Part shown: positions 55,313 through 64,000 of the stretch, in pieces | Layout of the letters: the number at the start of each line of letters is the position of its first letter | Numbering within the stretch: position 1 is the first letter of the stretch | Position numbers and translations under genes: made by a program | Notes under the pieces: generated by a model | Told to the model about the DNA's origin: nothing | The model's input: the letters and a program-made list of their open reading frames with translations, nothing else | The model's database searches: none | Source of the DNA: Caecitellus pseudoparvulus | Taxonomy: Eukaryota; Protista; Bigyra: Bicosoecida | Direction: 5' to 3' | Assembly: GCA_965644315.1 (NCBI GenBank) | Contig: CBFFRQ010000068.1 | Span: forward strand, 806,001-870,000 | DNA length: 64,000 nt

Positions 55313-58300
55313 TCACTCCTCAGCGGTAGCTGTCAGAGTGGGCACGACGCTGTCCCGGGAGCGCGAGCTGCCGCCGCGCCGGCGAGCCATGAGGCTGCCG
55401 CGGCGCTTGCCTCCCTTGGTGCCCAGCGCCTTGGCTGCTGCCACGGCGGCCTGGGTGGAGCCACTCACATCCGCCTGCGCGAACTGCTTCTTGCCAGCGC
55501 GAGCCACCGACGCGCGCGAGAAGCGACGCGTCTTCTGGGCCTTGGCCTCCCGCGCCAGCTCCTCCCGCGCCTCTGTGCGCTGGCTGCCCGCCTTGCGCTT
55601 GAGGGCCTCCAGGCGGATGAGGGTGTCCTCCATCTGGGCGTAGTTCTTGCGGATCTGCTTCCACAGGCCGTCGCTGGGGCGGGAGTTGGGCAGGTCGGCC
55701 CCGCTCAGCGTCTTGCGGGAGGCGGCAGCCATCATGAGTGGGTTGTTGTTCATGGCCACGGACGTCTCCTGCTTCTTCTCCCGCTCGGCACGCATGGCTG
55801 CGTGCTTGGCACCCTGCCCCTTCCCCTCCACCTTCTTGGGCTTCTTGAAGCAGCCTCGGAAGGCGGCGTCGCCCTTGATCACGGCGTACACCACCAAGGC
55901 GATGTACACGAAGGACGCCAGCATGGTGCCCATGACGATGACCAGCAGCGCAACGCGCTGTGCCTCAAAGAACTCGCCACCGTTGCCGGCGTCGAAGCGG
56001 CCTGACTGGAACATGATGCCGGACACACACACCACGACCGAAACAGAGAGCAAGACGGACTCGACGATGTTGTAGTCGGTGATGAGCTTCACCCAGCCCT
56101 TCTCCAGCCAGAAGGCATCCACGCTCTGGCCCTTGTCCAGCTCCTCCTCCTCCAAGCCGGTGCGTTTCTTGGTGTTCTTGCGGGCGTCGAAGATGGAAGA
56201 CTTCTTCAGCAGTCTCTGAATGGCCAGCTCCCGGGAAGACTGCTTCTTCACACCCTCCCAGTATGCCGCCACTAGCGTCGGCCACTCCATCTTGCCCACG
56301 TACGGGGAGTTGATGATGTGCAGGGTGAAGGAGGCGAAGAGCACGACGAGCACCATGGCCAGCTGGAAGGCTGGGTTGCGCCGGAACATGAGGCCACACA
56401 GCGCAATGCACAGCTTGCGGGCGATGATGACGAGGTTCCAGTAGTACTTCTCGTAGTGGTAGATGTAGTACAGGCGCTTGTACATCTTGCGGATGTCGTA
56501 GGCTTCCGGGTTTTCACCTCGGTTGTCTCCCTTCTTCATGGCCATGAGCACGATGTCCGATTGGATCTTCACGCCGTTGGTCAGCAGCACCCGCGTCACG
56601 ATGGTGGGGTACCCGATGATGTACACGAACACCGCGACGATGGCCCACGGCAGCAGCGTCTCCTGCACGCCGCCTGGCAGGCCGCACTCCTCGAATACCA
56701 CCTCCAGATACAGGTTGCCGTCGTCTGGGTCGGTGGGGTTGCAGTTGAACACATCGAAGGTCGTGCGGGTCAAGTGCAAGTACAGGAAGTACAGCATCAT
56801 GAGGGAAGTGGAGATGAGGGTGGGCAGGTGGCGGTTGATGTCCTTCTTGCGGCCCAAGATGCAGCGCTTGTAAATGACCAGGCTCACGTGGGCCAGCCCG
56901 AACAGTGTCAGCGCGGCCAGTGGCAGCGCCATGGTGCCGAACCACTTCATGGGGTACTCCAGATCCGGCACAGAGCACTCAGGTGCCGTCAGTTCCAGGT
57001 TGAAGGAGAAGATGGACAGGAACTGGAACAGGGACAGCAACTCCACTGGCCAAGGCACCTTGGACCTCGCGAACAGTGCCAGCACCTGGAAGTAGTCCAC
57101 GATGATGCTGGCCACGCCAGTGTGCACCTCCCGCTTGTTCAGGTTGTACGCGACAGCACCCAGCACCGTCGCCGCCACCAGGCCACCGACAATGAGCAGC
57201 CAAGCATTCTCAGGGCACTCCACGCACTCGCCGCCCAGGCGGTAGTGCCCGGCAGAGCACAGTGCGCAGCGGATGCCGGTGTACTTGGCGGAGCATTCGT
57301 TGGCGCCCGCACAGGCCTCAGGCGGCTCGCAAGGGATGTAGTGAGGGCACACTTCCCGCACTTGCGGCTCCTGGGTTCCACGGGGTCCACACTCGGGTGC
57401 GTTCAGGGTCAAGTTCGTGCGCCACCAGCTTGCCTCAGACCACGGGTCCTCCAGGTTGTTCTCGAAGCTGCTGCAGTTCGCGCCAAGCTTGCAGCGCAGG
57501 CAGAACTCGCCCGGCATACCGTAGAAGCCTGGTGTGCAGCGAGTCAGCAACACGTTGCGCTCGCTCGGCGTGACGCCTTCGATGGTGCCGTTCAGAATCA
57601 CGGAGATGTTCTGGCTGCCCACACGCACAGGGCTCATGCGGCACTCCAGGAATGGCCCAGCTGGTCCGAGCTGCCACGAAGATTCTCTGCACGGGATGTC
57701 TGACAGCGAGATGTTCACGTCGACACGGGCAGAGCCGAAGTTCTGCCCATACATCTCAAGCAGAGATCCGCCGAGGGCATCTGCAGGCTGCGGCTGCACA
57801 AACGACACACGTGGCACGTCGTAGTGCATGGTGGAGGCCGCCGGCTGCTGGTCTGCGGACACCAGCTGAACGGGGATGTTCTCGCCGAAACCAGGAGGCG
57901 GACGCACCACAACTTCGTCGTGGTTCCACTGGACAATGCAGGGCCCCGCCACTGAGCGACAGTCACAGAATGCCTCGGATGTCGTCATGCGTGCACCGTA
58001 CGTGTAGTCTCGCCTGCAGCAGCCTGCGCCGTTGGGTGCGCCACCGAGCCTTCCTGCTGCGCCTTGGTACGTCTCGCACGCCCCCGTCACCTCCCCCGTG
58101 ATGTCGCACTCGGTTGGGCAGAGGGCGCCGTCAGTGGCCAAGCTGGCAGCCGCCGACGTCTGCCGCAGCGCAGAGCAGGTGCGGGTGACGAAGGTGCCGC
58201 CAATCTGCACGCCGTACTGCTGGCTCGGGAGGAACAGCTCGTAACGGCTGCCACTTGGGAGGCTGCCCAGGTTGGACCCTGAAATGGCCACTGCCGCTGG

Positions 58301-61300
58301 GCGACAGCACGTGTCCAAGGTTGTGCCACTCTGCAGCCACTGGAAGCAGCCGTCGGTGGGAACGCTGGGCACCTCGCTCGGGGGCGTCGTCACTGGAGCT
58401 GCGTACGTGAGCGTCAGCAACACATTGGCTGGTGCCGAGGCATCTGCCGAGAAGAGTCGGTTGGAGGGCGGGCCTGTCACCAGCTGCACCGTGAATGGCC
58501 CGCCAGCACCTGGCGGCACAATGAACACCACACGGGTGTGGGACCACTCCAACACAAGCGGATCTGATGCCGGGAACTCCTCCTCAAAGCCCGCGCTGGG
58601 CAGCGAGAACAGCACACTGCCCGTAGCTGCGAAGTTAGTGCCCAACAGTTCCACCACAGCAGGGCCTTCCTCAGTGCTGGAGGGGGAGAAGGCTGTGCTG
58701 CCCCACACAGACGGCCACAGGCTGGCTGCAGCAGCTGCGTATTGGTTGAACATCGCGGTATTGCCTCGAATGGGACCGGAAGCAACGGCAGACTGCTGCA
58801 TGGTTGCCCGAGTGTTCATGGGGGGGATGACGCTGCTCCCATCCACGGCAGGCGGCGAGTACGCAATGGAGTCAACTCGGGCAGCTGGCAAGGCGGGCGT
58901 GTTGCAGTCGCGGGGGACAGATTGGTCCTGCCTGACGTTCGTCAAGCGAACTGCCAAGCAACGCCCCGCACCTTCCACCGTGTAGCACACGACGCGGGTG
59001 GTGGTCCAGTTCGCGGCAGGGCATGCCAGCACATTGCCAGCGACTTCTACACGCGCAAAGTCACGGGAGGCGGCTGCTGTCTCCGGCCAGGCAAACGGGC
59101 CGAAGTTTGTCCCTACGATGACCACTTCCTCGCCACCGCGGGTGTTCACCTCGTCCACTTCGGACCGCACGGAGGAAGGGCCGGTATACTTGTACATCCT
59201 GAGTGACGTGAGCTGGGGCGGCGCATAGTCCAACTCCACGGAAGGGTTGGGAACTGACAACTGCCCAACGACGTCCACGACGATTTGGATGTTGCCGCCC
59301 ACCCAGTCCGGGGCAAAGAAGGTCAGGTCAGTGTGGCTGCGGCTTTGCACAGACACGACATCGCTCCAGTATGCGGTTCCGTTCACCAGCGTCGTCGAGA
59401 AGTCACTCAGCCTGACGACGGGGTTCAAGCCAAAGTTGCTGCCGCGAATGGTGATGAGGTCACCCGCAGAGGCACTTTGGCCAGCCGCCTGCGCAGCTGC
59501 TTGGGCAGCTGGACTGTCACCAGTGAGCCCCCAGCCCAACACGGTGGGCGCAGGGTAGGTCAGGTTGCCGATGGTGCCGAGGACAGGCGCCGTGCCGTTG
59601 CCATCCAGCACCATGCTGCTTCGAATGACAATGACCTCCACGGTGCCTTCGCCGGGCGGAGCGTCGCAGACGATCTTTCCAAGCACAACCTGTCCAGAAT
59701 CCACGGAAATCGTCGAGGACTGTGTCGGCCCTGTGCCATACGGAGCAGGGGAGGCATCAGCACTGCCGCCGCCATTGCCGCAAGGTGACAGGATGCTGCC
59801 ACGCCTGAAGTACGTCTTGACTTGGGGAACTGCATCAGAGGCCGGGCCGAGGTTCGTGGCCACGATGCTCACCTTGAAGCCACCAGCAGTTGAGAAGCCA
59901 GCGAGGGGCGTCACGCTGCGCACGGAAGGGTTGTCGTTGGAGAAGAACACGGAGGTGGACGTTTGTCCCAGCGTGTTCACCCACACTCGCCCTGTGCGCA
60001 TTCTCAATGCAAAGCGAGCGAAGGTGTGGCTGCGCACGACTGCGCTGCCGGTCAAGTTGCATGCAGCATTTGCAGCATCCATGTCTGCCCGGCTCACCAG
60101 CGCTGACGGGTGAGCAGCAATGCCTGGAAGCCTGCCTTCTGTGTCGTTCGCGGCCAAGAACAGGGACACGCTGTCGCGCCCGTTGCCGAAGTTGTAGCCT
60201 GACGCTTCGATGATGGTGCATAACGGGTCAACGTTCCCAAGGCCCAGGTTGGCGATGGCCACTTCATCCAACACCGCCAGCGAGTCAACGACGGGCGGGG
60301 AGTAGTGGAACACCATGGCGTTGGAGTCAGTGTCGGCCACGCGCACGAACACCTGCACATCACGTCCCGCACCGGGAGGCGACAGGAAGTCCACCTGCGT
60401 GGAAGTCGTCGTGCCCACCTTGGTTGCGGTGGAGAGACCTGTGGTGGTGGAAGCCTTGGGCACTCCACGGAACATGACCTGGGGAGGTACCTTCTCGTAT
60501 CCGAAGTTTGCACCCACAAGGCGGAAGCGCACACCCCCCACCGTGGCATTGCCAGTTTCGTCCAAAGTGTCGATCAGCTCCAAGCGGTCAACTCTGGGGA
60601 CATCGTAAGCGAGGGTCGTTTGGGCGGCACCCGTCACCTGCGATGTCTGCGTGGCAACACGCACAACGACGGCGAGGCCGCCGCCGACACCAGGGGCACT
60701 CAAGCACGTGATTTGCGAGTGGGGGATGGTAATGGTCAAGTCCGTGCACACAAAGCGCCCAGTGTCGCTTGACGGGCCGTACGTGATGCCGCCGATGATG
60801 CCCGACAAGTCGGTCAGGTTCCCACCCAAGTTCCGGCCGTTCACGATGATGGTGTCGCCTCCACCCGTGGACAGGGTGCTGACGTTCACGCCTGCTCGCT
60901 GCACGTACACTGATGTGACTTCAGGTCGCAGGTACCCGTAGGAGGGTGCCCGGCTGGCCTGCCCGTCGATGACTGCGGTCCAGCGCAAGTCACCGCCAGC
61001 GCCAGAAACAGTCCTGCACTGGATCAGAGTGTGTGCCACCACCACAGAGCAGTTGACGGCTGCAAATTCAGTGGGGTACGGCTCCCCGCTGAGCCGCCTG
61101 GAGCCGGCTCCGCCCGTTTCCTCGTCATCGTCACTGGCGAGGCGGTACGTCACGGAGTCCAGTCGGGCAGATCCCAGCGGGCCAAAGTTGCTGCCCGCCA
61201 GGAACACTTCTTCGTCTCCCGGCGTCGCGCTTGCAGCTCCATCGCCGTAAACCTGACCAAGGATGGGTGGGGCGTAGTGCAGCGTGTCCAAGGCCACCTG

Positions 61301-64000
61301 CCCAGTCCACTGCGTGGAGCACAGGGTCCCCGACGCATCACACACAGTGATGCCAATTTGCACGTCGTGCTCCCTTCCAGACCCAGGCACTGTTGCACAT
61401 TCAAGCGTGCCAGCTTGGGGCACACGGCAGTCGTTGGACTCATACCTGTACACTGCATCAGTGGACCAGTTACCCTGAGAAACATGAGCCAGCTCGTACT
61501 GAGACACAGATGCGTTGGGGGCAAGCATGAAGCTGCCGTACCGCATGCGGTACGTGACGGCCAGGGTTGCCGGCAAGGCAATGGTCGCAGGACCGAGGTG
61601 GCGACCCTGCATGGCGATGACAGTGCCGCCACGGGTCGCGCCGCCCTCCACAGCACCAGCCGCCTCGTCAATGGGCTTGCTGGTCTGAATGAACTCAGGC
61701 GGCACGTACGATGTTGCATCAGCTGATGCTGACACCGCAGGTGTACCGGCAACCGTCAGCCTCCACACGTGCCCTGCGCCAATGCCAGGGACAGACTGGC
61801 ACAACACACGTGTGTGGCCGCACTCCAGGGCACACCGCGTCGCATCCAGGAAGAATTCAGTGCCATTGGGGCCATACGTGGCGGAGATGGCATGAGTGCC
61901 GCCCGCGGGCCCAAAGTTTGCCCCTTCAATGGCAACAGTGCTGCTGCCGTCCGTGTCCAGCTGTTGCTCTGCTGTGCCGCCAGGGAGAGTCGCGAGCGAC
62001 ACAGCGCAGGATAGCTCCTCGTCCGTGATCTCCCCCACACGCAGCACCGAGACAGACGGGGGTCTGTATGAAGACGGCAACAGGCGCGGTGGGCTTGAGA
62101 TGCCGCCAACACTGACTGCGAAGGTGTGGTCTCGGCCTACGCCAGGCACAGTAACACACTGCAGCTTCGTGTGGGGAACAGTAATGCTACAAGACACCGC
62201 AGTGTACAGTGGGGTGTTCCCGGGGATAATGTACGTGACGGTAGGTGCGCCGTCTGCGTCGCTAACCACACCCGGCCCGAAGTTCGTGCCTGTCAAGACA
62301 AGGGCATCTCCTCCCGGTGTCTCAGCATTTGTGAAGGACGCGTCGGCAAGTGTGAGGATGGCGGGTGCAGCATGCGAGACCAAGTGCGGAGCAGCCGTCG
62401 TGAAGTCGGCCGGTTCGGCGAAGTCAGGCAAGCCTGCCGGGGACGTGAAGCGCACCCGCACAGCAAGGTCCGCGCCAACGCCCTCAACAGTGCTGCAGTT
62501 CATGACTGTGTTGCCCAAGTCGCTCGCGTCCTCCAGCACTGCGCAATCCGTCGCGGTGTACTTGGAGCCGTCAGCGCCACCATACGTCACCATGGGGACT
62601 GCACGAGGCGCTGACGGGTTTTGCTGGTGGAAGGACTTGGTGAAGCCGAAGTTCCTGCCAGTCAGGAGCAGAGTGCTGCCTCCGGCGGTGGGCAAGGCGT
62701 TCGCCGGACCAGGCGCCGCGGCGCCATCTTGCACCTGCACTCGTGTGACTGTGACATCGTTGATGTCTGTCAAGTTGACCCGTACGTCGCAGAAAGCCTG
62801 CAGGTTGGTCGGGTCGCGCACAAGAACGCTCGCTGTCAATCGCTGGGCATGTTCAAAGTCTGCGCTGGAGAAGGCCAGCACGACGAGGTTGAACCGTTCG
62901 AGGACAGCGTCGTACTTCACGCCGAAGATGTCTCGCCCAGAGCTGTCCTTCGTGTTAGCCACGGCCACCAAGGAAAGCTCGCCAATGGTCCGGTTCACTT
63001 GGGTGAGGTCCTCGTCCGACACGCTGAGAGCGCCGACCAGCAGCTCCGTCGTTTCGACGCGCTCCGGAATGGAGAACGGCTGCAGTCCACAGACAGGCGC
63101 CTCGTCCACGTCTTGCACATCGACCTGAATCGTCCCTGCCGAGGACAAGCCGCCATCAGAAGCTGTCACGCTCAGCGTGAAGGTTGGGGAGGGCCCTTCG
63201 AAGTTCAAAGCGTTCGGCGCGGCATCTGCGCGCAGCTTCACAAGGTAGTGTGTGAGGGTCCCGCCTCCTGCCAAGGCAGATGCTGCATCGGGAAATGATG
63301 TCGCAGGAGCGACGGAGGTGCCGATGACTTCCAGCTCGAAGACATCGCTCTCTGGCGCAGCGAGCGTGAGGCTCAGGGGCAGCCCATCCTCGTCGGGATC
63401 ACGCCACGTCAGGTTTGCCAGTACAGAGCCTGGAGGCGTGTTCTCGTCAGGGGTGAGGGAGGCTTGCAGGCCGGCGTCCGGCACCTCTGGCATATTTGCC
63501 ACATCCACTTCTACCGTGTTGACGACAGTGACGGAGTCCTCTGCATCTGGGGGATGGTCTGTGATGAACACGTCGAGTATCACCTGAGGGGTGAGCTCGA
63601 AGTTAAGCATGGACGAGTTCACTTGCAGCTGCCCAGACTGTGGAGCCACGTCTTGGACATCTAGGAGGCGCCCACCACGGGGAGTCACATCCCGAACGCG
63701 GAAGGTGACATCATCACCGTCCGCGTCGGTGGCGACTAGGAGTGGAGAAATGGCCGCGCCAAGCAAAGAGTTTTCATCCACGGATCGGGCCACACCAGCA
63801 TTCGAAAGCACAGGTGGGCGGTTTTGGTTTGAAATGGTGACGTTGACTTGCGCGGAAATGGTGAGACCTTCACCATCGGCAACCTCCACGACTAGCGTGT
63901 GCACCTCAGACGAGGAGAGGTCTGCAAGGTCATTCACGACAACCACTTGTCCAGTAGCATCAACAGACAAGTTTGCGCTCGTGGAGCTGATCAAAGTAAA
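55313..64000 (-). CDS. Nonagonal-like cadherin: cadherin repeats, IPT/TIG repeats, Cys-rich/EGF-like region, ~9 TM helices; 5'-partial
   Basis: Frame is open from the right edge. Cadherin motifs (NQNRPP, VDENS, ATDADGD, LNFE, DVDEAP) at ~64000-62750; many T-x-GG...G-x-NFG IPT repeats; CTPGFYG and CSAKYTGIRCALCSAGHY; hydrophobic helices at ~57205-55875. Confidence 0.85.
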   Translation of the reverse strand, partial: FTLISSTSANLSVDATGQVVVVNDLADLSSSEVHTLVVEVADGEGLTISAQVNVTISNQNRPPVLSNAGVARSVDENSLLGAAISPLLVATDADGDDVTFRVRDVTPRGGRLLDVQDVAPQSGQLQVNSSMLNFELTPQVILDVFITDHPPDAEDSVTVVNTVEVDVANMPEVPDAGLQASLTPDENTPPGSVLANLTWRDPDEDGLPLSLTLAAPESDVFELEVIGTSVAPATSFPDAASALAGGGTLTHYLVKLRADAAPNALNFEGPSPTFTLSVTASDGGLSSAGTIQVDVQDVDEAPVCGLQPFSIPERVETTELLVGALSVSDEDLTQVNRTIGELSLVAVANTKDSSGRDIFGVKYDAVLERFNLVVLAFSSADFEHAQRLTASVLVRDPTNLQAFCDVRVNLTDINDVTVTRVQVQDGAAAPGPANALPTAGGSTLLLTGRNFGFTKSFHQQNPSAPRAVPMVTYGGADGSKYTATDCAVLEDASDLGNTVMNCSTVEGVGADLAVRVRFTSPAGLPDFAEPADFTTAAPHLVSHAAPAILTLADASFTNAETPGGDALVLTGTNFGPGVVSDADGAPTVTYIIPGNTPLYTAVSCSITVPHTKLQCVTVPGVGRDHTFAVSVGGISSPPRLLPSSYRPPSVSVLRVGEITDEELSCAVSLATLPGGTAEQQLDTDGSSTVAIEGANFGPAGGTHAISATYGPNGTEFFLDATRCALECGHTRVLCQSVPGIGAGHVWRLTVAGTPAVSASADATSYVPPEFIQTSKPIDEAAGAVEGGATRGGTVIAMQGRHLGPATIALPATLAVTYRMRYGSFMLAPNASVSQYELAHVSQGNWSTDAVYRYESNDCRVPQAGTLECATVPGSGREHDVQIGITVCDASGTLCSTQWTGQVALDTLHYAPPILGQVYGDGAASATPGDEEVFLAGSNFGPLGSARLDSVTYRLASDDDEETGGAGSRRLSGEPYPTEFAAVNCSVVVAHTLIQCRTVSGAGGDLRWTAVIDGQASRAPSYGYLRPEVTSVYVQRAGVNVSTLSTGGGDTIIVNGRNLGGNLTDLSGIIGGITYGPSSDTGRFVCTDLTITIPHSQITCLSAPGVGGGLAVVVRVATQTSQVTGAAQTTLAYDVPRVDRLELIDTLDETGNATVGGVRFRLVGANFGYEKVPPQVMFRGVPKASTTTGLSTATKVGTTTSTQVDFLSPPGAGRDVQVFVRVADTDSNAMVFHYSPPVVDSLAVLDEVAIANLGLGNVDPLCTIIEASGYNFGNGRDSVSLFLAANDTEGRLPGIAAHPSALVSRADMDAANAACNLTGSAVVRSHTFARFALRMRTGRVWVNTLGQTSTSVFFSNDNPSVRSVTPLAGFSTAGGFKVSIVATNLGPASDAVPQVKTYFRRGSILSPCGNGGGSADASPAPYGTGPTQSSTISVDSGQVVLGKIVCDAPPGEGTVEVIVIRSSMVLDGNGTAPVLGTIGNLTYPAPTVLGWGLTGDSPAAQAAAQAAGQSASAGDLITIRGSNFGLNPVVRLSDFSTTLVNGTAYWSDVVSVQSRSHTDLTFFAPDWVGGNIQIVVDVVGQLSVPNPSVELDYAPPQLTSLRMYKYTGPSSVRSEVDEVNTRGGEEVVIVGTNFGPFAWPETAAASRDFARVEVAGNVLACPAANWTTTRVVCYTVEGAGRCLAVRLTNVRQDQSVPRDCNTPALPAARVDSIAYSPPAVDGSSVIPPMNTRATMQQSAVASGPIRGNTAMFNQYAAAAASLWPSVWGSTAFSPSSTEEGPAVVELLGTNFAATGSVLFSLPSAGFEEEFPASDPLVLEWSHTRVVFIVPPGAGGPFTVQLVTGPPSNRLFSADASAPANVLLTLTYAAPVTTPPSEVPSVPTDGCFQWLQSGTTLDTCCRPAAVAISGSNLGSLPSGSRYELFLPSQQYGVQIGGTFVTRTCSALRQTSAAASLATDGALCPTECDITGEVTGACETYQGAAGRLGGAPNGAGCCRRDYTYGARMTTSEAFCDCRSVAGPCIVQWNHDEVVVRPPPGFGENIPVQLVSADQQPAASTMHYDVPRVSFVQPQPADALGGSLLEMYGQNFGSARVDVNISLSDIPCRESSWQLGPAGPFLECRMSPVRVGSQNISVILNGTIEGVTPSERNVLLTRCTPGFYGMPGEFCLRCKLGANCSSFENNLEDPWSEASWWRTNLTLNAPECGPRGTQEPQVREVCPHYIPCEPPEACAGANECSAKYTGIRCALCSAGHYRLGGECVECPENAWLLIVGGLVAATVLGAVAYNLNKREVHTGVASIIVDYFQVLALFARSKVPWPVELLSLFQFLSIFSFNLELTAPECSVPDLEYPMKWFGTMALPLAALTLFGLAHVSLVIYKRCILGRKKDINRHLPTLISTSLMMLYFLYLHLTRTTFDVFNCNPTDPDDGNLYLEVVFEECGLPGGVQETLLPWAIVAVFVYIIGYPTIVTRVLLTNGVKIQSDIVLMAMKKGDNRGENPEAYDIRKMYKRLYYIYHYEKYYWNLVIIARKLCIALCGLMFRRNPAFQLAMVLVVLFASFTLHIINSPYVGKMEWPTLVAAYWEGVKKQSSRELAIQRLLKKSSIFDARKNTKKRTGLEEEELDKGQSVDAFWLEKGWVKLITDYNIVESVLLSVSVVVCVSGIMFQSGRFDAGNGGEFFEAQRVALLVIVMGTMLASFVYIALVVYAVIKGDAAFRGCFKKPKKVEGKGQGAKHAAMRAEREKKQETSVAMNNNPLMMAAASRKTLSGADLPNSRPSDGLWKQIRKNYAQMEDTLIRLEALKRKAGSQRTEAREELAREAKAQKTRRFSRASVARAGKKQFAQADVSGSTQAAVAAAKALGTKGGKRRGSLMARRRGGSSRSRDSVVPTLTATAEE

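Noticed and set aside
1-64000. GAC-like gene and Nonagonal-like cadherin as a linked adhesion/gliding cluster
   Set aside because: They are ~45 kb apart with housekeeping genes between them, and the cadherin tail lacks the acidic, subterminal-Trp TRAP/MIC2 signature. Linkage gives no support.

Overview
Gene-dense, GC-rich eukaryotic nuclear DNA with short GT-AG introns (mostly ~65-120 nt), from a flagellated protist. A stramenopile is likely; this is inferred from a Nonagonal-type cadherin, ciliary genes and the compact GC-rich gene structure. The window holds about 22 protein genes and one tRNA-Thr(CGU), and I saw no mobile element or CRISPR array. Recognisable genes: ATG18/WIPI, SRS2/UvrD helicase, LRRC43, PAC3, DNAL4, ADAT2, UTP6, IPK, RPL23, AIF-like, WDR46/UTP7, STI1/HOP, a class-V PLP lyase and ARD/ADI1. 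The most notable items are (1) a >3,300-aa armadillo-repeat protein with a C-terminal PH-like domain, missed by the ORF track because it runs off the left edge, which resembles the apicomplexan glideosome-associated connector (GAC); (2) a protein combining an NLS-flanked amphipathic helix, a lamin-tail domain and SLFG repeats, resembling a nuclear-basket nucleoporin; (3) an RNI-like LRR fused to an XK-family scramblase; (4) a cadherin/IPT/~9-TM Nonagonal-like protein; and (5) a spliced NWE-motif ciliary protein. All family assignments come from motif recognition and memory; no database search was run.
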